Part shown: positions 17,027 through 28,300 of the stretch, piece by piece
How positions within the stretch are numbered: position 1 is the stretch's first letter
How the letters are laid out: every line of letters starts with the position of its first letter
Assembly: GCA_041690395.1 (NCBI GenBank)
Contig: JAWLHJ010000007.1
Coordinates: 128,001 to 192,000, forward strand
From: Longimicrobiales bacterium
GTDB taxonomy: Bacteria > Gemmatimonadota > Gemmatimonadetes > Longimicrobiales > Gaopeijiaceae
Direction of reading: 5' to 3'
Length of the DNA stretch: 64,000 bases
Made by a program: the position numbers and the translations under genes
Notes under the pieces: model-generated
What the model saw: only the letters and a program-made list of their open reading frames with translations
Databases searched by the model: none
What the model was told of the DNA's origin: nothing

Positions 17027-17415
17027 CGGTGGCGCCAGTATGCGGCGGCCAGTCCCCCACACCAGAACGCGCTCAGCCCGATCCAGAGGTGGTTCCAGCC
17101 GATGCCCGAGGGCAGGGCGTCACCCGCGGGTTCGGCGAGGACGGCCAGCGCGAAACACGAAACGGCCAGCGCGACGAACGCGAACGCCAGCGCCTCCACG
17201 TGGATGAGCCGCTGGAGCTCGTCGCCGTGGCGGACGGATCCGATGGCGAAGAGGATCATGGCGAGGCCCGCGAGCAGGGCCGGAACGAAGAGGACGAGTC
17301 CCGCATCGACACCGTCGGCGTAGGCCTCGGCGGCGAGCAGGCTCGGCACGTATACGAGCGCGGCTAGGAGCAGGCGTCGTTGATCCCGTCTCGACCGCTG
17401 CTGGCTGGGTCCCAT
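17023..17415 (-). CDS. Small multi-TM membrane protein coupled to the XRE regulator
   Basis: About four hydrophobic segments, a DELQRLIHVEALAFAF motif, and an ATGA overlap with the XRE gene. Confidence 0.7.
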   Translation of the reverse strand: MGPSQQRSRRDQRRLLLAALVYVPSLLAAEAYADGVDAGLVLFVPALLAGLAMILFAIGSVRHGDELQRLIHVEALAFAFVALAVSCFALAVLAEPAGDALPSGIGWNHLWIGLSAFWCGGLAAAYWRHR

Positions 17416-17435
17416 GGTGGATCCCTTGTCGCGAA

Positions 17436-17480
17436 GTAAAGGACGCTTTACACTAAGTCATCGAGTAAAGGGTACTTTAC
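17436..17480. promoter_or_regulatory. Twin palindromic operators GTAAAG-N4-CTTTAC
   Basis: Perfect 6-bp arms at 17436-17451 and 17465-17480 in an AT-rich divergent intergenic region. Confidence 0.75.
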
Positions 17481-17501
17481 ATACGAGAGAGCGAGGGGAC
17501 A

Positions 17502-17795
17502 ATGGATGCGGTGGTGATGACGGTACTGATCGGTGCCTTCGTTTGCGGTGGTGTCTTTCTGGAGGCAGTGGTTCCTCATCTCCCCGGCCTGCTCGGCATC
17601 GACCGCAGAGGTGGTGCGGCCGCTGGGGGCCACGGGGCACCTCCACAGCTGCGGGCGGCGAGGCACACGACCTCAGAGCTCGCGAGCCTCGAGCGTCGCG
17701 TGGACGAGCTCCAGGCCGAGCGGGACTTCTACAAGGCCCTGGCGGAGCCCCGGACCGATGCGGCCGATGCCGAGGTCGAGGGAGGCCAGTCGTGA
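17502..17795 (+). CDS. Small TM plus coiled-coil hypothetical protein
   Basis: GAGGGG RBS, a hydrophobic N-terminus, and LERRVDELQAERDFYKAL coiled coil. Confidence 0.65.
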   Translation: MDAVVMTVLIGAFVCGGVFLEAVVPHLPGLLGIDRRGGAAAGGHGAPPQLRAARHTTSELASLERRVDELQAERDFYKALAEPRTDAADAEVEGGQS

Positions 17796-19042
17796 GGGGA
17801 CGGCGCCGCTCGGCGGCGACGCCGGCGCTGAGCGCGATCCTGGGTATCGGCCTCTTCGCCGGGGCGTGCGACCCGTCCGGCGGAGCGCGCCCGGCGGAAT
17901 CGGACGTGGGCCGGGACTCGGCCGGCGTGTGGATCGTGGAGAACGGTGCAGCCGTCGGCTGGCCGGAGGGACGACCGCCGGCCATCCGGGTCGACCTGGA
18001 GATCGGCAGGGCCGACGGGGAGGGCCCCGACGTGTTCGGCAACGTCGTGGCCGTCGACGTGGACTCTGCGGGAGCGATGCATGTTCTGGACCAGCAGGCC
18101 CAGCATGTCGTCGTCTTCGACGCCACGGGCGGGCATCGGCGGACGCTGGGGAGCCCCGGGTCCGGTCCCGGAGAGCTGGGGCCAGCTGCCTCCGCAGTCC
18201 TCGTGGGCCCCGATGGTTCAGTGGCGGTACCGGACGCAGGCAACGCCCGGGTCACGCGCTTCGCGCCCGACGGCTCGACGGATTCGTGGCCGCTGCGGCT
18301 CCAGCAGGGCGTGCCCATCCGTTGGGATGGCCTCGCGGACGGGACACACGTGGCGCAGCTCAGGGCGGTGACGGCCCCACCCTCGGGACTCCCCTCGGAT
18401 GTCATCGTCCGTTACGGAATGGACGGAACCGTCCTGGACACCCTCGGCTCACTGCCCGGGGGAGCCAGCGTCACCGTGGGCGACGACGGCCTTCCCGCCA
18501 TCAGCCTCTTCGAGTCCGAGCCCCTCTGGGACGTGGCGCCCGACGGCATTTTGGTCTGGGCCATGAACGCGGCGTACGAGATCAGAAGGCACGCGCCCGA
18601 CGGCTCCCTGGTGGCGGTGGTGCGTCGTGACTCGGGTCGTCGTCCGGTGTCGCAGCAGGACCGGGCGGTGCTCACCGAGCTGGTGAGGGACATGATGGTG
18701 GACCAGGGCGTGCCGCCGGCCGCGGTGCAGGCGATCTCCAGCCGCATGCGGATCGCCGCCGACTTCCCGGCGCTGGCGGCCGTTCACGTCGGGCGGGACG
18801 GGCGGATCTGGGTGCAGCGCGTGGCGATTCCGTCGGAGGCGGAGGAGGACGACGCGCCCCTCGATCCGATGAACCCGGGCTCGCCCGACTGGGACGTCTT
18901 CGACGGGGACGGGCGGTGGTTGGGGACCGTGCGCCTTCCCGATCGTTTCACCATGATGGCGATCCGGGACGACGCGCTCTACGGAGTCGTCCGAGACGAC
19001 CTGGACGTACAGCGGGTCGTGCGTCTGGGGCTGGAGGGGTGA
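17792..19042 (+). CDS. 6-bladed beta-propeller (NHL-like) lipoprotein
   Basis: GTG overlaps the upstream TGA; lipobox FAGAC; GSPGSGPGEL and WDVFDGDGRWLGTV...RDDLDV motifs. Confidence 0.8.
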   Translation: MRGRRRSAATPALSAILGIGLFAGACDPSGGARPAESDVGRDSAGVWIVENGAAVGWPEGRPPAIRVDLEIGRADGEGPDVFGNVVAVDVDSAGAMHVLDQQAQHVVVFDATGGHRRTLGSPGSGPGELGPAASAVLVGPDGSVAVPDAGNARVTRFAPDGSTDSWPLRLQQGVPIRWDGLADGTHVAQLRAVTAPPSGLPSDVIVRYGMDGTVLDTLGSLPGGASVTVGDDGLPAISLFESEPLWDVAPDGILVWAMNAAYEIRRHAPDGSLVAVVRRDSGRRPVSQQDRAVLTELVRDMMVDQGVPPAAVQAISSRMRIAADFPALAAVHVGRDGRIWVQRVAIPSEAEEDDAPLDPMNPGSPDWDVFDGDGRWLGTVRLPDRFTMMAIRDDALYGVVRDDLDVQRVVRLGLEG

Positions 19043-19184
19043 TGACGGCCACCTGGAGCCATCGTCTCAACCAGACATGGCCATTGGCGGGATCCCGCAC
19101 AACTCTTTGACGCCCATCCCGCATCACAGTAGCGTCGCGGTAGGTGGATAACCGCTCCCGTCGCTTCAACCGCGAGGCCTCGCG

Positions 19185-20402
19185 ATGAGCTTTTCGAGAC
19201 GGACCCTGAGCCTGGTGACGGTGCTCCTCATCCTGGGGACGCTGGGCGCGGGGGTGGTGTGGAGGCTTCAGGGCGGGGCCGCAGACGGCGAATCCCCGGA
19301 CGGCGCCGCGTCGGACGACGCCGGAGTCGCCGAGGCGCTCGGGACGGCCACGGGAGCGACCCAGTTCTCGACGGATGTCCCGCAGCCCGTGACCGGGTCG
19401 CCCGCGGTCCGTGACACCCTCTGGATCCGCGTCACCGCCGCCGGCCAGGCCGAGGCCTTCCGCCGCGCGAAGGTCACGGCCCAGCTCGAAGGATGGGTGG
19501 AGGCGGTCTCCGTGCGCGAGAACCAGCGCGTAGCACGCGGGGCCGAGCTGGCGGTCATCGATTCGACGGAGTACGCGCTGAGGGTGGCGCAGGCCCGTGC
19601 CGCGCTGCTGACGGCCGAGGCCGACTTCCGGCAGATGGTTCTCTTCGACGACGAGATCGAGGAGGCGGCCGTGCGGGAGGAGCGTCGGCGGGTCGCCCGC
19701 TCTCGATCGGGGTTGGATCAGGCCGAGGTCGAGCTCCAGCGCGCGGAGTTGGAACTGGCCCGCACACGGATCACCGCGCCGTTCGAGGGCCGGGCAGCGG
19801 ATCTGCTCGTGGTGCCGGGGCAGTACGTCACGCCGGGCACCGAGCTGGTGACGGTCGTCGACCTCGACCCGATCAAGGTGGAGGTGCAGGTGCTCGAGTC
19901 CGAGCTGGCCTTCCTGTCCGAGGGCCGGAGCGCCCAGGTGACCTTCGCGGCCTACCCGGGCGAGCGCTTCACCGGGCGGATCGAGACCATCAACCCGCTC
20001 GTGGACCCGGAGAGCCGGACAGGGCGGGTGACGGTCCTGCTCCCGAATCCGGACGCACGCATCAAGCCCGGGATGTACGCCGAGGTCTCGCTCGACGCCG
20101 AGGCGCTGCCGGACCGGGTCATGGTGCCCCGCTCGGCCATCCTGGAACGCGGGGAAGGGAGGCGTAGAACCATGCTCTTCGTCTACGACGAGTCCGGGGA
20201 TGTCGGGCGGGCCAAATGGCGATACGTGAACGTGGGCCGGGAGAACGACACCCACGTGGAGCTGCTGCGTGAGGGACCGGAGCAGGACTTCGTCGAGCCG
20301 GGCGAGACGGTCCTCGTCGACGGCCACCACTACCTGGCGCACGATACGCCGGTCCGTCTGGTCGAGGACGTCGCGGCGGCGGGAGGGCGACCGGGTGCCT
20401 GA
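19185..20402 (+). CDS. RND periplasmic adaptor (membrane fusion protein)
   Basis: N-terminal TM; ITAPFEG, VDPESRTGRV and IKPGMYAEV motifs. Confidence 0.92.
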   Translation: MSFSRRTLSLVTVLLILGTLGAGVVWRLQGGAADGESPDGAASDDAGVAEALGTATGATQFSTDVPQPVTGSPAVRDTLWIRVTAAGQAEAFRRAKVTAQLEGWVEAVSVRENQRVARGAELAVIDSTEYALRVAQARAALLTAEADFRQMVLFDDEIEEAAVREERRRVARSRSGLDQAEVELQRAELELARTRITAPFEGRAADLLVVPGQYVTPGTELVTVVDLDPIKVEVQVLESELAFLSEGRSAQVTFAAYPGERFTGRIETINPLVDPESRTGRVTVLLPNPDARIKPGMYAEVSLDAEALPDRVMVPRSAILERGEGRRRTMLFVYDESGDVGRAKWRYVNVGRENDTHVELLREGPEQDFVEPGETVLVDGHHYLAHDTPVRLVEDVAAAGGRPGA

Positions 20403-21876
20403 GGGTGGGCGGAGGGTGGTCGGCGTCCGGACCGTCCGGTGCGCGGTGATCACGGCGCTTCCGCGGGCTTGCACGTTGGCGACGTCGGGCGCGATCGTGC
20501 TCGTCACCGCCCTGACCGCCCTCGTTCCGCAGTCGGCTTCAGCCCAGGCGGTCTCGCCTCAGGCCACCGGGCAATCCTCCGCGGACACGCTGCGGCTCTC
20601 CCTCGATGACGCGCTCCGGCTCGCCGAAGGCGGCAATCCCGCGTATCGCCAGACGGAGAACAGCCTCGGCCTCAACCCCGTCGAGACCCGCACGACCTGG
20701 CTGGGGGAGCTGATCCCGAGCGTGAGTCTCTCCCTCTTCAACACCAGCTACACGGGCAACCTCCAGCGGCTGGGCGTCGGTCCCCTCGGCGATCCCATCG
20801 AGAACCCGGCCGCGGAGTGGGTCTACTTCTCGAACACGAGCCAGGCGCTGAACGTCTCGTGGCAGTTCCAGGGGCTTTCGCTCTTCGACACCCATCGGCG
20901 GCAGCGCCTGGTCAACCGGGAGCGCGTCCTGGCGAGCAGTGCAGCGCTCACGGGGCTGCGGGTCGACGTGCGGCGCCAGTACATGGACGCGCTGGAGCAG
21001 CGGGAGCTCGCACGGGCTGAAGAGGAGCTGGTCGCCGCCCGGGAGCTCGACCGTGAGGTGGCGGAGCGGCTCTTCTCGATGGCGGCTCGCACCCGGGTCG
21101 ACGTCCTGAACGCCGAGCTGGCCATCGAGCAGCAGCGGCTCGAGCTGCAGCGGCAGGAGAGCGCCTACCAACGGGCGTTGATCTCCCTCGGGACGACCCT
21201 CGGCCTGGACGGGCCGGAGGCGATGGCCCTCGCGGACGAGCCCCTCCCGATCTTCGACCCGGGGACGCTGGACGTGGAGACCCTGGTCCGTCGCGCCTTG
21301 GATGCCAATCCCCGGCTGCGGCAGTCGGAGGTGCAGGTGCGCCAGGCGGACGTCGCCGTCTCGGAGCAGCGCAACAACTGGTGGCCGCAGGTCTCCATGG
21401 GTTTCGACGTGTTCCGGCGTGCGCAGGAGCGGAACGAGGGCGCGCTCTTCGACATGTCGTTCGACCAGGACCTCGACCAGCGCTTCTTCCTCCAGCTCTC
21501 GCTCCCGGTCTTCAACAACTTCTTCGAGAAGCGACGTGCGTCGGAGCAGGCCTCCGTGGAGCTCGACAACCGGCGTGAGGCGGACCGGGAGACGCGGCTC
21601 GAGGTCGAAGAGGAGGTCCGGGTCGCGCGGCTGGAGCTCGAGAACCAATGGGAGACGCTCCGGCTCGCCGAGCGCTCGCGGGAGATCGCCGAAGAGGCGC
21701 TGCGCCTGGCCCGGGAGGAGTACCGGCTGGGGAGCCGCTCGTTCGAGGACCTCCGGTCGAGCTTCGACCAGGAGGCGGAGACCCGGCGCCAGGTGATCGC
21801 GGCGCGGTACGGCTTCGTCGACGCGCTGCTCGACCTCGAAGCCGCCGTAGGCGAGCCCGTGCGTCCGGAGAACTAG
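20395..21876 (+). CDS. TolC-family outer-membrane factor
   Basis: Signal peptide, LSLDDALRLA, two helical repeats and C-terminal LLDLEAAVG. Start uncertain. Confidence 0.88.
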   Translation: MPEGGRRVVGVRTVRCAVITALPRACTLATSGAIVLVTALTALVPQSASAQAVSPQATGQSSADTLRLSLDDALRLAEGGNPAYRQTENSLGLNPVETRTTWLGELIPSVSLSLFNTSYTGNLQRLGVGPLGDPIENPAAEWVYFSNTSQALNVSWQFQGLSLFDTHRRQRLVNRERVLASSAALTGLRVDVRRQYMDALEQRELARAEEELVAARELDREVAERLFSMAARTRVDVLNAELAIEQQRLELQRQESAYQRALISLGTTLGLDGPEAMALADEPLPIFDPGTLDVETLVRRALDANPRLRQSEVQVRQADVAVSEQRNNWWPQVSMGFDVFRRAQERNEGALFDMSFDQDLDQRFFLQLSLPVFNNFFEKRRASEQASVELDNRREADRETRLEVEEEVRVARLELENQWETLRLAERSREIAEEALRLAREEYRLGSRSFEDLRSSFDQEAETRRQVIAARYGFVDALLDLEAAVGEPVRPEN

Positions 21877-21878
21877 CG

Positions 21879-24800
21879 ATGTCCGTGCCGAGTGTCTCGA
21901 CCCGGAGGCCGGTGGCGGTCTGGATGCTCTTCCTGGCCATCGTGCTCCTCGGCGGGATCTCCTACGCACGGCTGCCGATCGATCTGCTGCCGGACGTGAG
22001 CTATCCCCGGCTGGTGGTCTACACGCTCTACCCGGAGGTCGCGCCCGCCGAGGTGGAGCGGCTGGTGACCGAGCCGGTGGAGGCGTCCGCGGCCGCCGTG
22101 CCGGGGGTCGAGCGGGTGACGTCCACCTCGCGCTACGGCGTGAGCCTGGTGACCCTCCGGTTCGCGTGGGGCACCGACATGGACTTCGCCATGCTCAACG
22201 TGCGCGAGCGCATGGACAACGTGCGCGCCGGGCTCCCGCAGAGCGCCACCCGGCCGGTGATCCTGCGCGTCGACCCGGAGTCCGAGCCGGTCATGACGCT
22301 GTCGGTGGTGGGCGGGGCCGACCTGTGGGCGACGAAGGAGTTCGCCGAGACCGTGTTCCGACGGCGGCTCGAGCAGCTCGACGGGGTCGCGCAGGCCGGG
22401 GTGGCCGGCGGTCTCGACCGGGAGATCCAGGTCGAGGTCGATCCCGGGGCGGTCGACGCCTACGGGCTCACCCTCGCCGAGATCGCCACGGCGCTCGACC
22501 GGGCGAACGTGTCGGCGCCGGGTGGGACCATCCTCCAGGGGCGCTACCGCTATCCGCTCCGGACGCTCGGCGAGTTCCGGACCGTCGAGGAGATCGGCGA
22601 CGTGGTGGTGGCGCGGCGCTCGGACGCGTCCGGCACCCAGGTCATCCGGCTGCGGGACATCGCGCGCGTGATCGACGGCTTCGCCGAGCGCGAGGCGATC
22701 GCCCGCTACGGGGGCACGGAGTCCGTGGGTGTGCTGGTGTTCAAGGAGTCCGGCGCGAATACGGTGCGGGTGGCCGAGCGGGTCGGGGAGGTCATCGCCC
22801 AGCTCGCCGAGGAGTACCCCGACTTCCACGTCGACGTCGCGGGCGACCAGGCGGACTTCATCGCTGCGTCCATCTCGAACGTGGTGCAGGCCCTCGTGCT
22901 CGGAGGCCTGCTGGCGTTCCTGGTGCTCTTCCTGTTCCTGCGGGATAGCCGCTATCCGTTCGCCATCGCTTTGGCCATCCCCATCTCGGTGGTGGCCACG
23001 TTCGCCCTAATGGACGCGGCGGGCGTGAGCCTGAACATCATGAGCCTGGGCGGGCTCGCGCTCGGTGTCGGGATGCTCGTCGACAACTCGATCATCGTGC
23101 TGGAGAACATCTTCCGGCACCGGGAGGAGCTCGGGCGAGGCGCGGCGGAGGCGGCGGCCGTCGGCGCCGAGGAGGTCCAGTCGGCCATCACGGCATCGAC
23201 GCTCACCACGATCTCGGTGTTCGGGCCGATCATCTACGTGGAGGGCGTAGCCGGCGAGCTGTTCAAGGACCTCTCGCTGGCGGTGGCGTTCTCCCTGCTC
23301 GCCTCGCTGCTGGTGGCGCTCACGCTGCTGCCGTCGCTGGCGGCGCGGTTCGGGGGCGGCGTGGAGGGTGCCGGGGCGGGGCCGGACGGCCTCGGAGCGG
23401 GGGTGGAGGGTGTCGGCGGGAGCGTGGACGGTGCAGGGAATGGACGCGCCACGAGCATCCCGGGCGCAGGCCACGGCTCGGCCGGTCCCCCCGGCTGGCT
23501 CCGCCGCATCGGCCGGATGGCCCGGGCGGCGGTCCACGCACCCTTCCTCGCCCTCGCCTGGCTCGGCCGACTCGCCCGCGACCTGGTCGTCTTCTGGGCT
23601 ACGGAGGTGGGCCGACTACTCGGCCGCGTGTTCGGGCCGTCCCTCCGCGCCTTCGACCGGGCGTTCGACCGCTTCGCCGTGCGGTATCACACCGCCCTCG
23701 AGTGGGCGCTGGACCACCCCGGGGGGGTGCTGGGCGCCTCGGTCCTCGTGCTGGTCGTGACGGCCGCTGTCGGCGCGACGCTGCCCCGCGACCTGCTTCC
23801 GCATGTGGATCAGGGCGCGTTCACCGTGCGGCTCGAGCTCGAGGAAGGGACGTCGCTCGAAGCCACGTCCGAAGCTGCCGCGGTCGTCGAGGCGGCCGCG
23901 CTCGGCGACGAGGAGGTCGAGGCCGTGTTCAGCACCGTGGGCCGCGACGCTCGCGCGTACGCCACGGGGGACCGGGCGGTCGGCCTCCACACGGCGACGG
24001 CCGAAGTCCGCATGCGTCGGGGGGGTGACACCGAGGCGGCCGCGGACAGGATGCGGACGCTGGAGGATCGCTTCGCCGAGGGGGCGCTGTCCGTGGAGAC
24101 CGGCCAGGCCACGGCGCTCGGCGCGATGCTCGGAGGAAGCGAGGCCGACATCTCCGTCCGCGTACGGAGCGAGGACCTCGACCTCGCGTTCGCGCGTGCC
24201 GAGCAGGTCGCGGATCTCCTCGGCGGCGTCGCGGCGCTGGGCAACGTTCGCGTTGGGACGGAGCGCGGACAGCCACAGCTCCAGATCGAGATCGACCGGG
24301 CCGCGTGTGCCAGCTACGGGATCGAGCCCACGCTGGTGGCCGACCTCGTGGACCGCGCGATGCGCGGGGCGGTGGCGACCGAGTTCGTGGACTTCGACCG
24401 GAAGATCGACGTCGTCGTGCGGTATCCGGACGAGCTTCGCTACTCCCGCGCGACCCTCGACGCCCTGCGCGTCCAGGGCGTGCCGCTCCGGAGCCTCGTC
24501 CACGTCCAGGAGGTGCTCGCGCCCGCCGAGATCCGACGTGAAGATCAGGCCCGCGTGGTGCCCGTCTACGCCGACGTGCTGCGCGGCGGGCTCGATGCGG
24601 CAGTGGCCGACGTGCAGGAGGCGCTCGCGCCCCTGCCGATCAGCTCCGACGTCCGGTGGGAGGTCGGCGGCGAGAACGAGGAGATGCGACGCTCGTTCCG
24701 CGACCTGGCGTTCGCGTTCGGCCTCGCGTTGCTGCTGGTCTACATGATCCTCGCGGCCCAGTTCGAGTCGTTCGTGCACCCGCTCACGATCCTGATCGCG

Positions 24801-25283
24801 GTGCCGCTCGCCTTGATCGGTGCGATCCTGGCGCTCGTCGTGGCCGGGGAGGGACTGAACACGATGAGCCTCATCGGCGTCGTCATCCTCGTCGGGATCG
24901 TGGTGAACGACGCCATCGTGAAGGTCGACTTCATCCGGCAGGGCAGGGACCGGGGCGAGCCGCTCCGGCACGCCATCCTCGAGGCCGGCCGGGTGCGGCT
25001 CCGGCCCATCGTGATGACCACGGTGACCACGGTGCTGGGCCTCGTGCCGATGGCGCTCGGGATCGGGCGCGGCGCGGATCTTCGCGCGCCCCTGGCGGTG
25101 GCCGTGATCGGCGGACTGGTGTTCGCCACCGCGCTCACGCTGCTGGTCGTGCCGGTCGTGTACCAGACGCTCGAGCGGGTGCGGCTCGCGTTGGCCGGGG
25201 AACGTGGGACGACGGCCGCGCGCGAGGGCCTGGTCCAACCTCCGGACGCCCCCGATGGGCTCGCGACGGAGCCCGGCCGGTGA
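21879..25283 (+). CDS. RND efflux permease (AcrB/HAE1 family), subunit 1
   Basis: RRPVAVWM start, GMLVDNSIIVLENI, LAAQFES and RLRPIVMTT. Confidence 0.93.
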   Translation: MSVPSVSTRRPVAVWMLFLAIVLLGGISYARLPIDLLPDVSYPRLVVYTLYPEVAPAEVERLVTEPVEASAAAVPGVERVTSTSRYGVSLVTLRFAWGTDMDFAMLNVRERMDNVRAGLPQSATRPVILRVDPESEPVMTLSVVGGADLWATKEFAETVFRRRLEQLDGVAQAGVAGGLDREIQVEVDPGAVDAYGLTLAEIATALDRANVSAPGGTILQGRYRYPLRTLGEFRTVEEIGDVVVARRSDASGTQVIRLRDIARVIDGFAEREAIARYGGTESVGVLVFKESGANTVRVAERVGEVIAQLAEEYPDFHVDVAGDQADFIAASISNVVQALVLGGLLAFLVLFLFLRDSRYPFAIALAIPISVVATFALMDAAGVSLNIMSLGGLALGVGMLVDNSIIVLENIFRHREELGRGAAEAAAVGAEEVQSAITASTLTTISVFGPIIYVEGVAGELFKDLSLAVAFSLLASLLVALTLLPSLAARFGGGVEGAGAGPDGLGAGVEGVGGSVDGAGNGRATSIPGAGHGSAGPPGWLRRIGRMARAAVHAPFLALAWLGRLARDLVVFWATEVGRLLGRVFGPSLRAFDRAFDRFAVRYHTALEWALDHPGGVLGASVLVLVVTAAVGATLPRDLLPHVDQGAFTVRLELEEGTSLEATSEAAAVVEAAALGDEEVEAVFSTVGRDARAYATGDRAVGLHTATAEVRMRRGGDTEAAADRMRTLEDRFAEGALSVETGQATALGAMLGGSEADISVRVRSEDLDLAFARAEQVADLLGGVAALGNVRVGTERGQPQLQIEIDRAACASYGIEPTLVADLVDRAMRGAVATEFVDFDRKIDVVVRYPDELRYSRATLDALRVQGVPLRSLVHVQEVLAPAEIRREDQARVVPVYADVLRGGLDAAVADVQEALAPLPISSDVRWEVGGENEEMRRSFRDLAFAFGLALLLVYMILAAQFESFVHPLTILIAVPLALIGAILALVVAGEGLNTMSLIGVVILVGIVVNDAIVKVDFIRQGRDRGEPLRHAILEAGRVRLRPIVMTTVTTVLGLVPMALGIGRGADLRAPLAVAVIGGLVFATALTLLVVPVVYQTLERVRLALAGERGTTAAREGLVQPPDAPDGLATEPGR

Positions 25284-25320
25284 TTGGCCTGAAGTCTCGC
25301 ATGGTCAGCCGGAGCCGAGC

Positions 25321-28300
25321 GTGATCCGCCAGAGCCTGCGCCGGCCGGTCGCGGTCGCGATGGCGTACGGGGCCGTCGCCCTCCTCGGCGTGGCCGCGTG
25401 GCGGAACGTGCCCATCGAAGTGCTGCCCGACACCGACCTGCCGCAGCTCACCGTGCGGGCGACATGGCGGGGCGCATCACCCGAGACGCTCGAGGCGTTC
25501 CTCACCGCGCCGCTCGAGAGCGCGATCCAGCAGGTGCGAGGCGTCGAGCGCATCGTCTCGACATCCTCGGAGCAGGAGGGGATGGGCGTCTCGGAGATCC
25601 AGGTCGAGTTCCAGCGCGACGTCGACATGGACTTCGCCCGCCTCGACCTCTCGGAACGGCTCGCGACGCTCGAGGAGTCGCTCCCGCCCGGCGCCGATCC
25701 GGTGCAGATCGAACAATACGTCCCGGAAGAATTCGCGGACCAGGACCGCCCGTTCCTGCAGTACACGTTCACCGGTCCCTACACGCTGGAGGCGCTCCGG
25801 CGGCACCTCGACGACGTGGTCGCGCCCGAGCTGGGACAGGTCGACGGCGTCGCGCTGGTGAATGTGTTCGGTGGGCGCGAGCGTCGCCTCGAGATCGAGC
25901 TGGACGAGGCGGCGGTGGCCGCCCTCGGGCTCGACGCCCGGACGATCCGGCGTGCCCTCACCGAGCTCGACCTGGTCCGGGAGGCGGGCGTCGTGCGCGA
26001 GGGCCGGCGGGAGCGGACGCTGACCATCGTGAACCGTCCCGGCAGCGCGGACGACGTCCGTAACGCCGTACTCACGGTGGCGCGAGGCACGCCGGTTCGG
26101 GTGGCGGATATCGCGCAAGTGCACGACACCTACGAGGAAGCTCGCGCGCTCGCCCGGGTCCAGGGACGTCCGGCGGTCGGGTTCCGCGTCTTCAAGTCCG
26201 TCGGGGTCAACACCGTGCAGGTGGCCGACCAGGTGAAGGCCCGCATGGCCGAGCTCGAGCGACTCGCACCCTACGACGCGTCGTACGTCCTCGAGTTCGA
26301 CGAGAGCGAGGACATCCGCACCCAGCTGAGCGACCTCCGCACGCGGGCGCTGTTCAGCGCGCTGGTGATCTTCCTGGTGCTGCTGGCGTTTCTCCGCTCG
26401 CTCCCGTCGGCGGGACTGGTCTTCGCGACCATCGCCTTCAGCGTGCTCATCGCGCTCAACCTCATCTACTTCGGCGGCCTGACCCTCAACCTGCTGACGT
26501 TGATGGGGCTCGCGATGGGGTTCGGGCTCGTCGTCGACAACGCGATCGTGGTGCTCGAGAACGTATACCGCCGCCGGCAGCAGCGAGGCGAGGCCCCGGA
26601 CGTGGCCGCGGAGCAGGGCGCCCGCGAGGTCGTGCTCCCGATCCTGGCGTCGACCGCGACGACCCTCATCGTGTTCGTGCCGTTCGTGTATCTGCAGGGG
26701 GAAGTGCGCGTATTCTACGTGCCGCTGGCGATCGTCGTCGGGCTCACGCTGCTCGCGTCGCTCCTGGTGGCGTTCACGTTCATCCCCGCGATCTCGGCAC
26801 GGATCCTGGACGGGGTCGGAGCGGGTGCGGGGGCGGTCGGAGGCGACGGAAGTGGGCCGGCGGCCGGACCAGTGCGCGAGGCGCCCGGGACACCCGCCCG
26901 CCCGCCCCTCTACGCCCGCTTCTACACCGACCTCGTCGGGCTCACCGTGCGCCATCCGTGGCCCGCCATCATCCTCACGCTCGGGGTCTTCGTCGGCTCG
27001 TACCAGCTCTTCGACCGGTACGTCAGCCGGTGGGCGATGTGGGGCGGGGGATGGGGCGCCGAGACGTATATCAGCGTCTTCATCGAGCTGCCGCGGGGCG
27101 CCAACCTCGAGCGGACCGACGAGCTCGTCCGCTACTTCGAGGACCGCGTCGCGACGATGCCCGAGGTGGAGCGGTTCAGCACCCAGGTGACGCCGAACCG
27201 CGGCTACATGGAGATCACCTTCCCGGACTCGCTGGAGAACACCTCCGTACCGGTCGTCATCAAGGAGCGGATGGTGGCGTTCAGCCACACGTTCACCGGC
27301 GCCGAGGTGCGCGTGTACGGCTACGGGCCGTCGTTCTACGGCGGGGGAGGGAGCCCGCCGAACTACGGCATCCAGGTGCTGGGGTACAACTACGAGCGGG
27401 TGCGGGACATCGCGGAGGACATCGGCACGCGGGTGTCTCGGCTGAGCCGCGTGGTCGACGTCGACACCAACGCGTCCGGGAGCCGGTTCGTGCGGGATCG
27501 CGCCTCGGAGTTCGTCCTCGACGTCGACCGGGACGCGATCGCGCGGCACGACCTGGCGGTCGAGGACGTGGTGGAGGGGATCGGGGCCGCCGCCGCGGGG
27601 AACGCTCGTCTGGACTACCTGAAGCTGGGCGGCGAAGAGGTCCAGATCCAGGTGAAGCTGGCGCGGAACCAGGACCTCGACGTGCTCGCGCTCCGGGAGA
27701 CGCTGATTCCGACGCCGGCCGGGGGCCGGATCCGGCTGGGCGACGTGGTCCGGGTCAGGCAGCGCGAGGTGCTCGCCCAGATCCGGCGCGAGAACCAGCA
27801 GTACGAGCGCACGGTGGCGTACGAGTTCCGGGGGCCCAACCGGCTGGGCGACGTCGTGCACGAGGCCGTCATGGCGGGGACGGCCGTCCCCGCTGGCTAC
27901 ACCGTCCAGGCGGGCCGGAACAACTGGTTCGTCAGCGAGGAGGACCGGGAGCAGATCTGGATGGTCCTCGCGGTCGCGCTCCTTCTGGTCTACATGGTCA
28001 CCTCGGCCCTGTTCGAGTCGCTGGTCCGCCCGCTCGCGGTGATTCTCACCGTCCCGATGGCCCTGATCGGGGTCTACCTGATCTTCTTCTACACGGGGGC
28101 GTCGTTCACGCGCGAGGCGTACATCGGCGTGATCATGATGCTGGGGATCGTGGTGAACAACGCGATCCTGCTCGTGGACCACGTGAACCGGGTGCGGGCC
28201 GAAATGCCGGAGCTATCGCTCGACGAGGCAATCGTGAGGGGCACGGTCGAGCGGGTGCGCCCCATCCTCATGACGACGATCACGACCGTGCTCGGCCTCC

